64,000 bases of DNA from Octopus vulgaris (taxonomy: Eukaryota): positions 20,212,001-20,276,000 of the forward strand of contig OX597839.1 of NCBI GenBank assembly GCA_951406725.2, given 5' to 3'. The notes under the pieces were generated by a model. That model was not told where the DNA came from, searched no databases, and saw only the letters and a program-made list of their open reading frames with translations. Positions 12,955 to 25,911 of the stretch are shown here, in pieces. The translations under genes and the position numbers were made by a program. Within the stretch, counting starts at the first letter, position 1. Each line of letters starts with the position of its first letter.

Positions 12955-13692
12955 AGGATGATGACGATGATGATGATGTTGACGATAATGACGATGATGA
13001 CGATGATGATGACGATTATGATGACGACGATGATGATGACGATGATGACGATGATGATGACGACGATGATGACGATGATGATGATGATGACGACGATGAT
13101 GAAGACGATGATGATGATGATGATGATGACGACGATGATGATGACGATGATGACGATGATGATGACGACGATGATGACAATGATGATGATGACGATTATG
13201 ATGACGACGATGATGATGATGATGACGGTGGTGAAGATGATGACGACGATGATGATGATGACGATTATGATGACGACGATGATGATGATGACGACGATGA
13301 TGATGACGACAACGACGATGATGATAATGATAATGATGATGATTATGATGACGACGACGACGATGATGAAGATGACGGTGGTGGAGATGGCTGTGGTGGT
13401 GATGGTGGTGGTCGTAAAAGTTGTTTATAATATCACTGTTGCCGGTGATGGTTATGACAACGGTGGTGATGATGATGATGATGATGACAGTGCTGCTGAT
13501 GGTGGTTGTGTTGGGAATGATGATGAGGATCATGATGTTAATTGGTGGTGGTGGTGGTGGTGGTGGTGGTGGTGGTGGTGGTGATGGCGGAAGTTCTGGT
13601 AGCGGTGATAATAGTAGTGTTGATGATGATGATGATGATGATGATGATGTTGACGACGACAACGACGATAATGATGATGATGATGACGATGA
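12955..13692. repeat. (GAT/GAC)n and (GGT)n trinucleotide field
   Basis: Direct inspection; poly-D/M/H ORFs are by-products. Confidence 0.9.
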
Positions 13693-13820
13693 TCGTATGC
13701 AGTTTGCAGCTGTTACTTCATTATTTCCATCCTGCCTTAGTTTACCTTCCTTCCTTCCTTTCTTTCTTTCTTTCTTTCCATTTCTCTCTCACTCTCTCTT
13801 TATACACACACACACACGCA

Positions 13821-13859
<39 letters not shown>

Positions 13860-14394
13860 TCATCTTTATTTCTATATTTCATTTGTCCTTCAGACTAACA
13901 AGAGAGAAAAATATATACAAAAACAAACACTAAAAAAAAAACAGGTAACATCCAAAAAATAAATAAACCTTATTTTTAGGAGAAATTTACGAGTTTCACT
14001 CATGTATGTTTTAGTTTTGTAACCTAAACACCCGCCATATTGTTTTGTGTTTGTTTTTTTTATTTTGTTGTTTAATTGTAACATTTCTTTTTCTTTGTGA
14101 CTGACTATTTCCTTTCTCTACCGGAAGTTATCAATCCCACATCGTGTGCGTGGCAACTGTCCATTACACACAACCAAAATTTAATGGCTGTCATTACACC
14201 TTGCTTTTTTTTGTGTGTGTGTGTGTATATGTGTGATCAAAAGAAAAAAAAATGAGTCAATGAAGGAAAAAAAACGAATGCATTTGCAATGAACTTGGAT
14301 ACCTTGCTGTATTGAATAACATCTCTTCAAGTTTTCCCGAGTTCGAATCCCACCGAGTTACCCTTTGATTTCCAATCTTAGTTCTCTTTATAAA

Positions 14395-14524
14395 AATGTC
14401 TAAGAAAAATAGTCTAGTACTGGGGCATATAAGCCCTCGACAGAAGAGAAAAGTAGGCTTTCCTACCCATGTGGGACACGAACTCACATCTCTTTGTTAA
14501 GGTGACTAAGTGTGTTACCAAAGT
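14395..14524. mobile_element. Partial copy of the 7053-7291 fold-back element (one arm plus centre)
   Basis: CTAAGAAAAATAGTCTAGTACTGGGGCATATAAGCCCTCG...GTGACTAAGTGTG. Confidence 0.75.
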
Positions 14525-14599
14525 TTCGGATTGTGGGTTCTTCATGTCTAAACTCTCTAAGAGACGTACGCCTGTTTTACACAGAATTATTGAAAAACA

Positions 14600-14733
14600 A
14601 AATATTACCATATTCCTGGTAGGATTTATGCGGCAGCGGGTTACTACCTGTAACCTCAGGTATCAACACGTTTTCGGCAGTCTTTCAAGCGCCTTAGGAC
14701 CTTCCTGATAATCCAAGCTTTCTGTACGAGCTC
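14600..14733 (-). mobile_element. Possible 3' end of a second R4/Dong-like LINE
   Basis: Minus strand encodes ELVQKAWIIRKVL, like R4/Dong C-terminus E.LQKA..(LGTA).ILRKVL with a deletion. Confidence 0.35.
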
Positions 14734-14734
14734 C

Positions 14735-15060
14735 TTCTAATTCTTCTTCTTTTTCTTCTTCTTCTTCATCATCTAATTCTTCTTCTTCTAATTCTTCTTC
14801 TTCTAATTCTAATTCTTCTCATCTAATTCTTCTAATTATTCTTCTTCTTCTAATTCTTCTTCTTCATCTAATTCTTCTAATTCTTCTTCTTCTTCTAATT
14901 CTTCTTCTTCATCTAATTCTTCTAATTCTTCTTCTTCTTCATCTAATTCTTCTTCTTCTTCTTCATCTAATTCTTCTTCTTCTTCTTCATCTAATTCTTC
15001 TTCTTCTTCTTCTTCTTCTTCTCCTCCTCCTCCTGCTTATTATTATTATTGTTGTTCTTG
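14735..15060. repeat. (TTC)n interspersed with TCTAA units
   Basis: Direct inspection. Confidence 0.9.
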
Positions 15061-15688
15061 TTGTTAATAATAACGACGGACTCTCTCGTGGAATGCGACC
15101 TATGAGCGTTCAGCTTTTGTCGAACGACCTCCACAAATGAATTAATTGTTTATGATGATCAAATGTTGCTGCCGGGACATTAGCGCACGCCCTCCATCAA
15201 ATCGGCGTTGCCGGAACAGTGTACCACGTGTCGGGTGTTGCAGGGATCATAGAGCATTATGAGAGGAAGCGATTTGCTCACGAACACCACGCAGCATCTG
15301 GTCTAAGACTTGAAACCACAATCCCGCGATCGTGAGTGAAACACCCTAATCATTTGGCGTTCAGCTGGAAGAATCTTTAGCACGCCAGGCAAAAGGCTTA
15401 GCGGGATGTCTACCGGCCGTACTTTCTGAGCCAAAATCCGCCGAGGTCGGCTATGTGAAGCTGACCAGAAGTGATTGATATGGGACTGGTCGTCTCGGCG
15501 TGGAGGAAAAATTTTTGAAAGGTAAGAATTTCAAATAAAAATTTTTCAAACACTTGTACTTTTTTTTTTTGGCCGAACCGCTAAGTTACGGCTGTGAAGC
15601 GATGTGGGCGGGCTGGGTAAAACGTAAGATAAAAGACACACACACACACACACACACACACACATTTAGATAAATAGATGGGGGAATC

Positions 15689-15689
<1 letters not shown>

Positions 15690-15769
<80 letters not shown>

Positions 15770-15816
15770 GTTTCTTTATTGGCCACACAGGGCTGCACAC
15801 AGATGGGACAAATTAC

Positions 15817-15901
<85 letters not shown>

Positions 15902-16037
15902 GACACACAGACAGACAGCCAGTAGACAGATAGACAGGCAGACAGACAGTCAGACAGACAGACAAACAGAGAGACAGACGGACAGACAGACAAATAGATA
16001 AATAGATAGACGGATGGACGGACGGACAGGTAGACAA

Positions 16038-16068
<31 letters not shown>

Positions 16069-16102
16069 AGCAGAGGGACGAACAGACAGACAGATAGATA
16101 GA
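15690..16102. repeat. (GATA)n/(GACA)n microsatellites
   Basis: Direct inspection. Confidence 0.9.
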
Positions 16103-16685
16103 TTACGGGCTTCCAACCAGTTTCAATCGAGGTCAATGTTCTCTTTCATCCTTTCTAGGTCGATAAAATAAAGTACCAGTCAAGTGCTTTGGTAGATGGT
16201 ATCGACTGATTCCCACACATAAAAACTGATAGCCTAGTACTTAAATTTTTAAAAAACCATCAAAAAATAGTTTAAAAGACATTTTTCTCTTACACGAATT
16301 TGCACCACACTTTGTATTCTGCTTCCATTTGTCCCTTCTTTCCTTCTTCTCCACTACTTTTTACACAATACATGCATGTTTATTTATTCATTTATTTATT
16401 TATTCATTTATTTTTTTTTTCAGAGGGCTTCAAGTGCAACTTCTCAAGAACTATTTGCATAAACAATCGTGACGTTCGTTATATTTTTTATGGTCCAGAA
16501 TGTTCCCTCTTGTCGTAAACACACAGAGAAACAACGAAATAAAATTCAGCGTTATTCCATTTTTCTGTGGGTTTTTTTCTATTGCAACCGCTATTTCTGA
16601 GTTCCTAGTTCACTTACTTCCTTTTCTGCGTTCAGTTCACCCTCTCTTGTTTTTCTTACTCTCTCTCCATCCCTCTCTCTATCAC

Positions 16686-16748
<63 letters not shown>

Positions 16749-16983
16749 CTTGTATCTGTATATCGCTTTCTCTCACGCTGTCAACATTTTTTTCCTGCCC
16801 ACGTATCGATGTTTAAAATCCATTCTTCAATCAAGTATCAACATGTATTCTGTCTGAAGAATACACACACACACACAGACACACACACAGACACAGACAC
16901 ACACACACATACACAGATGCAGTCGCGCTCAAATATACACACGCACACGCAAGAAAATGCACACGCACAAACACACAAAGAGG

Positions 16984-17034
<51 letters not shown>

Positions 17035-17168
17035 GTGTCTGCGTGCGTGTGTGTGTGTAAATATGTATATAAATGTAGTATATATGTGTGTGTATATGTA
17101 CACACACACGCATATATATATGTAGTATGTAAGTGCAGGTGCATCTGTACACACACATACATATATAT

Positions 17169-17227
<59 letters not shown>

Positions 17228-17499
17228 TATGTAAGCAGTAAATGAATAACGGAGTAACTGACATTGCATGTATTCCATTGTTTACAATTGTTTCAACGTC
17301 GTGCGGTTGACAATTCGAACATTAAGCATACAGACATGAATGAGAACAATGACCTAGTCACGCCTACCATGAAATGTATAATAGATGATTGACTCCACTC
17401 TCACTCAAGTGCTGGTTTGAGTTGAACTCCTTGATTAACTGTTCCATTCTCACTTCGTGTGTGTGGACACACACACACACTCATATATGTATGTGTTCT

Positions 17500-17703
17500 T
17501 TTATTCTTATTCTTTTACTTGTTTCAGTAATTTGACTGCGGCCATGCTGAAGCACCGCCTTTTAGTCAAACAAATCGATGCCAGGCCTTATTCTTCGTAA
17601 GCGTAGTACTTATCCTATCGGATCTCTTTTGCCGAACCGCTAACAGACCAACATCGGTTATGAAGCGATGGTGTGGGACAAACAGACACACAAATGCTTA
17701 CAA

Positions 17704-17742
<39 letters not shown>

Positions 17743-17819
17743 CGACGGGCTTCTTTCAGTTTCCGTCTACCAAATCCACTCAAAATGCTTTGGTCGGCTC
17801 GAGGCTAAAGCAGAAGACA
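17500..17819 (-). mobile_element. SINE family A, 5'-truncated
   Basis: Aligns to family A body and tail. Confidence 0.85.
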
Positions 17820-17824
17820 TATAA

Positions 17825-17946
<122 letters not shown>

Positions 17947-17980
17947 CATTATATATATATACATATATATATATATACAT

Positions 17981-18063
<83 letters not shown>

Positions 18064-18124
18064 CATACATACATATATACATATGTAGACATATACATCA
18101 GCGTGTGTATGCATATGAGTTTAT

Positions 18125-18182
<58 letters not shown>

Positions 18183-18413
18183 ATACACAATATGTGTTAG
18201 TTGATGTAGATAACTGTGAGCATGCGTGCGTGCGTGTTTGTGTTTGTATGTATACATGTGAAGGCCAGATGTGTAGCTGGCAAACCCACCTATGTACATT
18301 ATAATGAATTGTATGACTAAGCCTCAGATTGGATCGAACTAGGGAATATACATCTTGAATCCTGAGAGAGAGATTTCTGGTTTTCCTTTTTTTTTTCCCT
18401 CTATTTATTTTAG

Positions 18414-18516
18414 GATAAAGAATCTATTTCCTGCAGATGGCGAAGTGTTCCAAGCAGATGTAAGAATTACTATTTCCTCCAGATTGCTTCGGATTCTAAA
18501 AGAAATCTAACACCAG
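18414..18516 (+). other. Candidate internal exon (103 nt)
   Basis: Long pyrimidine tract ending TTTTAG| and CAG|GTAAAT donor; one open frame DKESISCRWRSVPSRCKNYYFLQIASDSKRNLTP; no recognisable homology. Confidence 0.2.
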
Positions 18517-18739
18517 GTAAATCTGTTATCTTTTTTCTTTGCTACTGTAGTAACGAACTGAGTGTGGTGTGAACGCATAGTCGCCGTAAAGGAAAACATG
18601 TTCGCCTGTGACGATCACAACAGCGATTAGCGTATTTGCGTTCGAATTTGACGGAAAGTAATCATCGTTTTGATGCCTTTTCCATTGCAAATGACGATAT
18701 ATTATCGATTGACAGGTGTAAGGAGGGGCAGAAAAGTTC

Positions 18740-19240
18740 TAAGCTTTTAGTAAAAGAAAATACAGGAGTATTAGGGTTAGGGTCAGTTTTTCTAAGCTCT
18801 GAAAAAATTCTTGGTTTTGGGTAAAACAAAATATAGGAGGATCAGTTAATTATGATTTTATTCAACATATTCTCCTCTCAAAATCACACACATATTTCAA
18901 CAGTCTTCAGTCTTTCTAAGCCCCGTAAATGTTACCAGGAGGATCAGTTATGATTTTCTTCAACGCTCCAGCATGACCACAGTCATATAGCTGAAACAAA
19001 TAAAATAATAAAAGAATATGCCCACTCAGATTCACATACTTATTACAGCAGTCCTTCGGTTTTTCTAAACTCTGTAAAAATTCTTGGTTTTGGGTAAAAC
19101 AAAATATAGGAGGATCAGTTAATTATGATTTTAGTCAACATATTCTCTTCTCAAATTCACACACTTATTGCGGCAGTCCTTCAGTTTTTCTAAGCCCTGT
19201 AAAATTTGGGCTTTGGGTAGCAGAAAATACAGCAGGATCT
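18740..19240 (-). mobile_element. Tandemly duplicated mariner 3'-end remnants
   Basis: GLEKLKDCRNKCVNLRREYVD resembles mariner C-terminus GI.KL..RW.KCI...G.YVE; repeated TTCTAAG...TTTTGGGTAAAACAAAATATAGGAGGATC blocks. Confidence 0.65.
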
Positions 19241-19375
19241 GGTCAAAAAATTTGTCACTACGTTTCTTAATCATTCCCAGGGCACCTAAAATAACTGGGG
19301 TGATTTGAGTTTTTAATTGCCATGTCCTAGATATCACAATCTCAAGATCCTTATATTTCGACAGTTTTTCAAAGT
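19240..19375 (-). pseudogene. R4/Dong-like LINE restriction-like endonuclease fragment
   Basis: EKLSKYKDLEIVISRTWQLKTQITPVILGALGMIKK: K..KY and P...GALG motifs of RLE-type non-LTR elements. Confidence 0.8.
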
Positions 19376-19495
19376 AACCTATTTTACCTGTGAATTTGCG
19401 AGTGTAATCTGGGAATGCATACAATGAGCTTCGCTGCCCCTGGTGTACGGAAAATACTTCGGCGAGAAACGGAAGAAAATTTGAAGAACGAAGGA

Positions 19496-19548
<53 letters not shown>

Positions 19549-19554
19549 TAATAA

Positions 19555-19752
19555 TTTCACAAGGGCAGCTCGGGGAGATGAGAATGAGTCTATTAAATCG
19601 ATCCCCGTGTTGAACTGGTGCTTATTTTATCGACCCCGAAAGGACGAAAGACAAAGTCGACCTCGGCGGAATTTGAACTCAGAACGTAGCGACGGGCGAA
19701 ATGCCGCTAAGCATTTCGTCCAGCGTGCTAACGATTCTGCCAGCTCGCCGCC

Positions 19753-19753
<1 letters not shown>
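19555..19753 (-). mobile_element. tRNA-derived SINE family B monomer
   Basis: Minus strand GGCGGCGAGCTGGCAGAATCGTTAGC...GAGTTCAAATTCC...CCTTTCGGGGTCGATAAAATAAG; flanked by (TAA)n. Confidence 0.85.
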
Positions 19754-19799
<46 letters not shown>

Positions 19800-19848
19800 C
19801 AATAACAACATCGATATCATCCACAACAACAGCATCAATAACAACGAC

Positions 19849-19897
<49 letters not shown>

Positions 19898-20789
19898 TCA
19901 ACAGCAACAGCAACAAGAGTAATAATCAGAACATCAACAATAATAAAATGACTGATGTTCGCCCTCCCATTTTCCCCCAAATATCGTGCTCAAAACGCAA
20001 TATACCACACCTCAGATCACACCAATTCCCCTCCCCTCCAACCAACCAACCAGTCACCTTGGCCATCCTTGCTCAATAGGTGCCCCTCCCTCTCCTAATA
20101 TCATGGAGTGAGGCTGACACAGTTCGTTTCGGTTAGCTTCCGCTTGGGAAACTTCAAAGACAGAATAAATTCTATATTCACAGACATTTTGGTTAGAGAG
20201 AGAGAAAGAGATAGAGAGAGAGAGAGAGAGAAACACAGAGAGAGAAAGAAAGGGAGAGGCATGCTGGGGTGGATATGAACATATACATATATACCCGTTT
20301 ATGTGTATAGGTGAATATAAATATATATGTACTCGTTTACGTGTATGAGTGTTTTCGTGAGTTTATATATATATACATACATGCACGCGAACACACACAC
20401 ACACACACACAAACCTACGTACAGACACATATACACCCCATTATGTGCTTCTCCAGCATACACATACACACAGATGTACATAAGTATATGCATACATCCG
20501 CACATGCATAAACATTATGTATATACACATATATATATAAATGTGTGTGTGTGTGTACTGAGAGAAAGAGAGTGGAAATGTTGGTGAAGGAGAAACCTCT
20601 ATAGGTGTACCCGTATAAATATATAGACCTACATACAATACATATATATATATACAGAGAGAGAGAGAGAGAGAGAGAATATATAGGGTAAGAAAATTAA
20701 AGTGGTTTGGACTTTGACTGTTCCTTCTAGCATGTAAGGTGTCCTGTTAGGGTCACGTCTTTTGTGTATAAATGTACACTAATTTTATA

Positions 20790-20847
<58 letters not shown>

Positions 20848-20997
20848 TTTTTGTTTTCCCGTTTGGATTAAAATTATATATATATATATATATATATACA
20901 AACATGCATGCATATATATATATATATTTCCATATATATATATATTTACATATATATATGTATGTATGCATGTATGTATGTGTGTATCCATGTATAC

Positions 20998-21030
<33 letters not shown>

Positions 21031-21259
21031 TGTATATATGTATGTATGTATGTATGTAGGTAGGTAGGTATGTATGTATGTATATGTAAGTGTGTGTGTG
21101 TGCGAGAGTGAGAGAGAGATTTAAAGAGACTGTGTTTGCGTACCGTGTGTCGGAAGAGAATGTTAGAGGGAATGAAAGAGAGAGAGAGACCGAGGGAGAA
21201 AGAGAGAGACCGAGAGAGAGACAGAGAGAGACAGAGAGAGAGACAGAGACAGAGAGAGG

Positions 21260-21297
<38 letters not shown>

Positions 21298-21707
21298 CAA
21301 ATTGAGATGGATTGAAAGAGAAGGGCAAAACAATATTTGGCCAAAACAGACAAGAAGAAAACAAAAGCAGGAAAAAAAAAAGCGAACGAAAAGCGAAGAA
21401 TGAAGAACGGGAAGAAAATAAAATCCTTGCAGCAGTAAAAGAAGAAGGAAACAGCACCAGCAGCAAATGCTAACGAACATCAACAGCAAAAGAAACAGCA
21501 GCAGCAATGCGAACAGCAAGACAACGCTATTAGTATTGGTACTACAGGTTACTGATGCTGGTGATGATGATGATGGATGTAGTAGTAGGTATTGTTGTTG
21601 TTGTTTATGTTGTTGTTGTTGCACGAGTAGTTGTAGAAGTAGTAGTATTTGTAGTAGCAGCTGTAAAAATAGTAGTAATAGTAGAGTATAAGTAGCACTA
21701 TCGTTTT

Positions 21708-21732
21708 TAGTAGTAGTAGTAGTAGTAGTAGT

Positions 21733-21779
<47 letters not shown>

Positions 21780-21789
21780 TAGTAGTAGT

Positions 21790-21833
<44 letters not shown>

Positions 21834-21834
21834 T

Positions 21835-21905
<71 letters not shown>

Positions 21906-21948
21906 TAGTAGTAGTAGTAGCAGCAGCAGCAGTAGTAGTAGTAGTAGT

Positions 21949-21983
<35 letters not shown>

Positions 21984-22025
21984 TAGTAGTTGTTGTTGTT
22001 GTTGGTGGTGGTGCTGTTGGTGGTT
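21708..22025. repeat. Alternating (AGT)n/(AGC)n blocks
   Basis: Direct inspection. Confidence 0.95.
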
Positions 22026-22039
22026 TGCGGAATCTGTGA

Positions 22040-22188
22040 GTGTGACGTCAGTGGTAAGCCATTAACTCATCACACGGCACGAAACGCTCCAAAATGGCGG
22101 CAGTGAAAAACAAAACCGTGCGTCAGTCACACGATTTCTCTTCGCAAGCGACGAATTACGGACGGAGATGTCCGCGTCTGTTGTAAGC
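22040..22188 (+). promoter_or_regulatory. CpG-rich island with CRE (TGACGTCA) and YY1-like AAAATGGCGGC; possible first exon
   Basis: Unique CpG-rich patch; ATG at 22094 open to TT|GTAAGC at 22182/22183. Confidence 0.3.
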
Positions 22189-22977
22189 TTGCTGATGTGT
22201 ATGCGTGTGTATGTGTGTATGAGTATATGTGTGCGTGTATAAAATAATGTGTGTATGTGTGTGTTGATGTAGCAATTATTTTCTGTCATCGATTGCAGAT
22301 CGATAAAATGAATTACGTAGAAGCAATTATATCACAATATATTGAATATTAAAAAAAAAATCAATCACTTAATTATATTTTGTAATTACTTACATCCTGT
22401 ACAAATCTTGACGGTCGCATATTTAGCAACCACTATGTGTGGCCAAACGGTTTATTTTATTTTATTAATGGAAAAATTTACTAAACAGTGGTGACAGTTT
22501 GAGAGAATGTCCTCTCGATCTCTCAGAATGGGAACCAAATGATCTTTAAATAATATTTTTATCACCTTCAAAAGGAAAAACATATTCTGTAGCATATTCA
22601 CAGAATTATATCTACAAAAATCCTTGATGGTCATGGCTGTGGCGGCTTTCTTTATATAAAGGAAGGTCTAACGAAAGGCTAATCCACAGCAACATCTTGG
22701 GTACTCCAGAGAGTTATTATATTCAGTTGCAGTCTTTTGACATTTTTGAGCATAGACCTGATTTAGTGGCTTCTTGAGAACACTTCCTTCGTTATTTATA
22801 AAGGAATCGTTTCTTGGTGAGTACGCAAGTGAGGCATTATATCATGTGCGCATGATATAATCAAGCATTCCGTCGGTTACGATGACAAGGGTTCCCGTTG
22901 GACCAATCAACAGAACAGCCTGCTCATGTGTGCATATATGTGCGTGTGTGTGTCTTTGTATCTGTGTTTGCCCCCCA

Positions 22978-23020
<43 letters not shown>

Positions 23021-23023
<3 letters not shown>

Positions 23024-23483
23024 AATGGTTGTATACTGTCAATCTAACAAGAACGTGACAGTAGGGGGTATACCACCGCTGTATAGCCCTAGGAAGCATC
23101 GAACGCCTCCTGATGGCTGTGACACATTTTTCCCTGTGTCCTTATGTACATATACGAAGGGGAGACAAACACCTCCGGCTGCCGAAACTGCATCTAGGGA
23201 CACGTGTTTCAGGATCGTTGTCCTTCATCGGTCTAGAGTAGCAGACACCGGTCAACTGGTGATATTTGTCTCGACTTCGTAATTGTATATATCTATACTC
23301 AGTGAAGTCTATTCACTGATTATCAAAATAAGAAATATTGAATTTCTAAATCTCTCGTAGAGACATGTACGGTGGTGGGGCTATGCGGTGGTGTACCCCC
23401 TACTGTCACGTTCTTGTTAGATTGACAGTATACAACCATTCTATCGCCCCACCACCGTACATGTCTCTACGAGAGATTTAGAA

Positions 23484-23487
<4 letters not shown>
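23021..23487 (-). mobile_element. PLE-like terminal-repeat element with nested inverted repeats, inserted in (TA)n
   Basis: ~23022-23090 inverted at ~23378-23442; 23341-23381 inverted at 23446-23486; contains hammerhead motif. Confidence 0.7.
23193..23237 (-). ncRNA. Minimal type I hammerhead motif (CCGAUGA core)
   Basis: Minus strand UCUAGA-CCGAUGA-AGGA(CAACGA)UCCU-GAAA-C-ACGU-GUC-CCUAGA; palindromic tetraloop, GUC site. Confidence 0.7.
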
Positions 23488-23546
<59 letters not shown>

Positions 23547-23599
23547 ACGGAGCAAGTAATTCAGGAGAAAAAATATTTGCGAAGATATCATTGACCCTA

Positions 23600-24532
23600 T
23601 TATTAGTTGGGGCTGCAATGATTGTCAACGTGAATCTCACGAGGTACAAGTTCATTGTACCTGTCTACTACAAACACGTGACAAATCCATTCTCCAACAT
23701 TATTCACTCAAGTATCGAAACAAAAACCCTTAACAATACTTCACAGTATAAACTATACAACGGAAATAGCCAGCCTAAGGAAAGCGAAAAGAAAATACTT
23801 CCTTAAATATAAAGACCTATATAAGGATCCTCTATGTACCCACTAGATATACTACAAATAGTAGCTAAATTTCCCTCAACATCCCATTATATTATTTCAA
23901 AACTGGGACAGAATGCATTCGTTAATGTCGTTCCGGTTAGAGAATATCTGAAATACTAGGAAAGACTTGGAAGGTTTTGATCATAGTCCAGTTCAATCTA
24001 GGTTGATTTGGCCAGAGAAGAAACAAATAAATCCTAGCTTATAGCAACTAAACGTGATCAGAGACAGGACCCGGCAAAGCAGGGCTGGACCTACATCCAC
24101 AGGTATACCATTAAGTCTGGTTCCCTGGGGAAGAGGAACCCTGGTGCAGTTAATTGTAAATTCCATAGTCTTTTCAAATGGCTAATAATGTGTGCGCGCG
24201 CCGCTACTACACACATTGGAAAGCATTGTACAACCAAGCACTAAAGAAGGTCTTTCCTCCTCCATGAAACAAAGCTGTAGTATATCTAGTGGGTACATAG
24301 AGGATCCTTATATAGGTCTTTATATTCAATGAAGTATTTTCTTTTCGCTTTCCTTAGGCTGGCTATTTCCGTTGTATAGTTTATACTGTGAAGTATTGTT
24401 AAGGGTTTTTGTTTCGATACTTGAGTGAATATTGTCCCAGAATGGATTTGACATGTGTTTGCAATAGACAGGTACGATGAACTTGTACCTCGTGAGGTTC
24501 ACGTTGACAATCATGGCAGCCCCAACTAATAA
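23600..24532. repeat. Long inverted repeat: ~257-bp arms (23600-23856, 24276-24532), ~420-bp spacer
   Basis: Arms are near-identical reverse complements (the same pseudo-ORF appears on both strands in the ORF track). Confidence 0.9.
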
Positions 24533-24579
24533 GGCACTAATAATAATAATGATGGTGGGGGACAAACACAGACATAAAG

Positions 24580-24630
<51 letters not shown>

Positions 24631-24959
24631 CGTGAACCTAGTATTTCTAAGCTACGGACCGAGTGATTTGTTGTAAGGTTTTCTCCCTAGATAGATTGCC
24701 TTCACTACGGCTAAGGAGCCCTTTCTACCCCCACTGACACAGGTTGTACTGGTTTACAGTTTAGCAATATGAGGATCCGATGCTGCATACATCGGACCAG
24801 ATCTGACAACTAAAAACACAATGAAGGAAAATAAACAAGAGAAAACTAAAAGATTGACCTCCATTTGAACAGTCTCAAAAACATTTTAGCGAAAACATTC
24901 AGCTAAAGTGTATTGTTAACATTATTTATGGCAATATTTCTCATCAGCGATTTTCATGT

Positions 24960-25260
24960 ATTATTACAATATTTATTACAGCAAAATAATGGCGGTTAAT
25001 GTATTACTAAATCTATCGCAACACTTCCGCTTACATCAGCTGCAATGGTGTTCTCGTATTTGATGAAGGATTCCGAAATTATGTCAGTCAAAATATTATA
25101 TAATCCATGGTGAGACTTCCGGTGACGTCAACTGCAACAATATTCAGGCGTTTGAAGCAGAATATTAAAATGGTGGCGGCAAAAGTATTATATAAACCGG
25201 TGCAGCACTTCCGGTTACATCAACTGCAGTAATATCCGTGCATTTTTATGAAGAATTCCA
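24960..25260. repeat. Diverged 92-bp tandem repeat, ~3 units
   Basis: ACTTCCG(G/C)T(T/G)AC(A/G)TCA(A/G)CTGCA at 25023, 25115, 25207. Confidence 0.7.
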
Positions 25261-25299
25261 CGCTGTATAATACAGCTTTGAAAGCAATATGATATACTG

Positions 25300-25515
25300 C
25301 GAGATGGCAGACACGTTAGCGCGCCAGGCGAAATGCTTAGCGGTATTTCGTCTGTCGTTACGTTCTGAGTTCAAATTCCACTGAGGTCGACTTTACCTTT
25401 CATCCTTTCGGTGTCGATAAATAAAGTACCAGTTTCGCACTGGGGTCGATGTAATCGACTTAATCCCTTTGTCTGTCCTCTCTCTGTTTAGCCCCTTGTG
25501 GGCAATAAAGAAATG
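25300..25515 (+). mobile_element. SINE family B with 14-bp target-site duplication
   Basis: tRNA-like head and body; AATATGATATACTG on both flanks. Confidence 0.9.
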
Positions 25516-25911
25516 AATATGATATACTGGTCATTTATCTAAAATATAGGATATAGCTTTTCCCTATTTTGGGCCGCGTGATAAATACGAAATCTGCCGA
25601 AGAACAATAGAAATGAGACATAAGATTACAGAAAAATATATAGAACAAGCAGAAGGATATATTTTTCAAAGCGTAAATACTGACAGAACAGCTAAGAAGT
25701 AGGAATTATCGTTGTAAGCGCATGACTCATAGGGCTGGAGTTAAACAAAGATAGACAAACAGCGCTGCATTTTGCTTTAAAATATTCCTTTAAGGCAGAC
25801 CATGAAGGATCCATCGTCAAGATCCACTTTCTCTCCTGCGAACTGAAAATAAGCTTCTACACACAGACAGACACACACACACACACACATATAGATATGT
25901 ATGTATGTGTG

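Noticed and set aside
16424-16514. + strand exon after T-run CAG (also 6359)
   Set aside because: T-run acceptors are common by chance in this composition; donors are weak
22450-22845. Possible decayed coding sequence on minus strand
   Set aside because: Stops present and no motif I can identify with confidence
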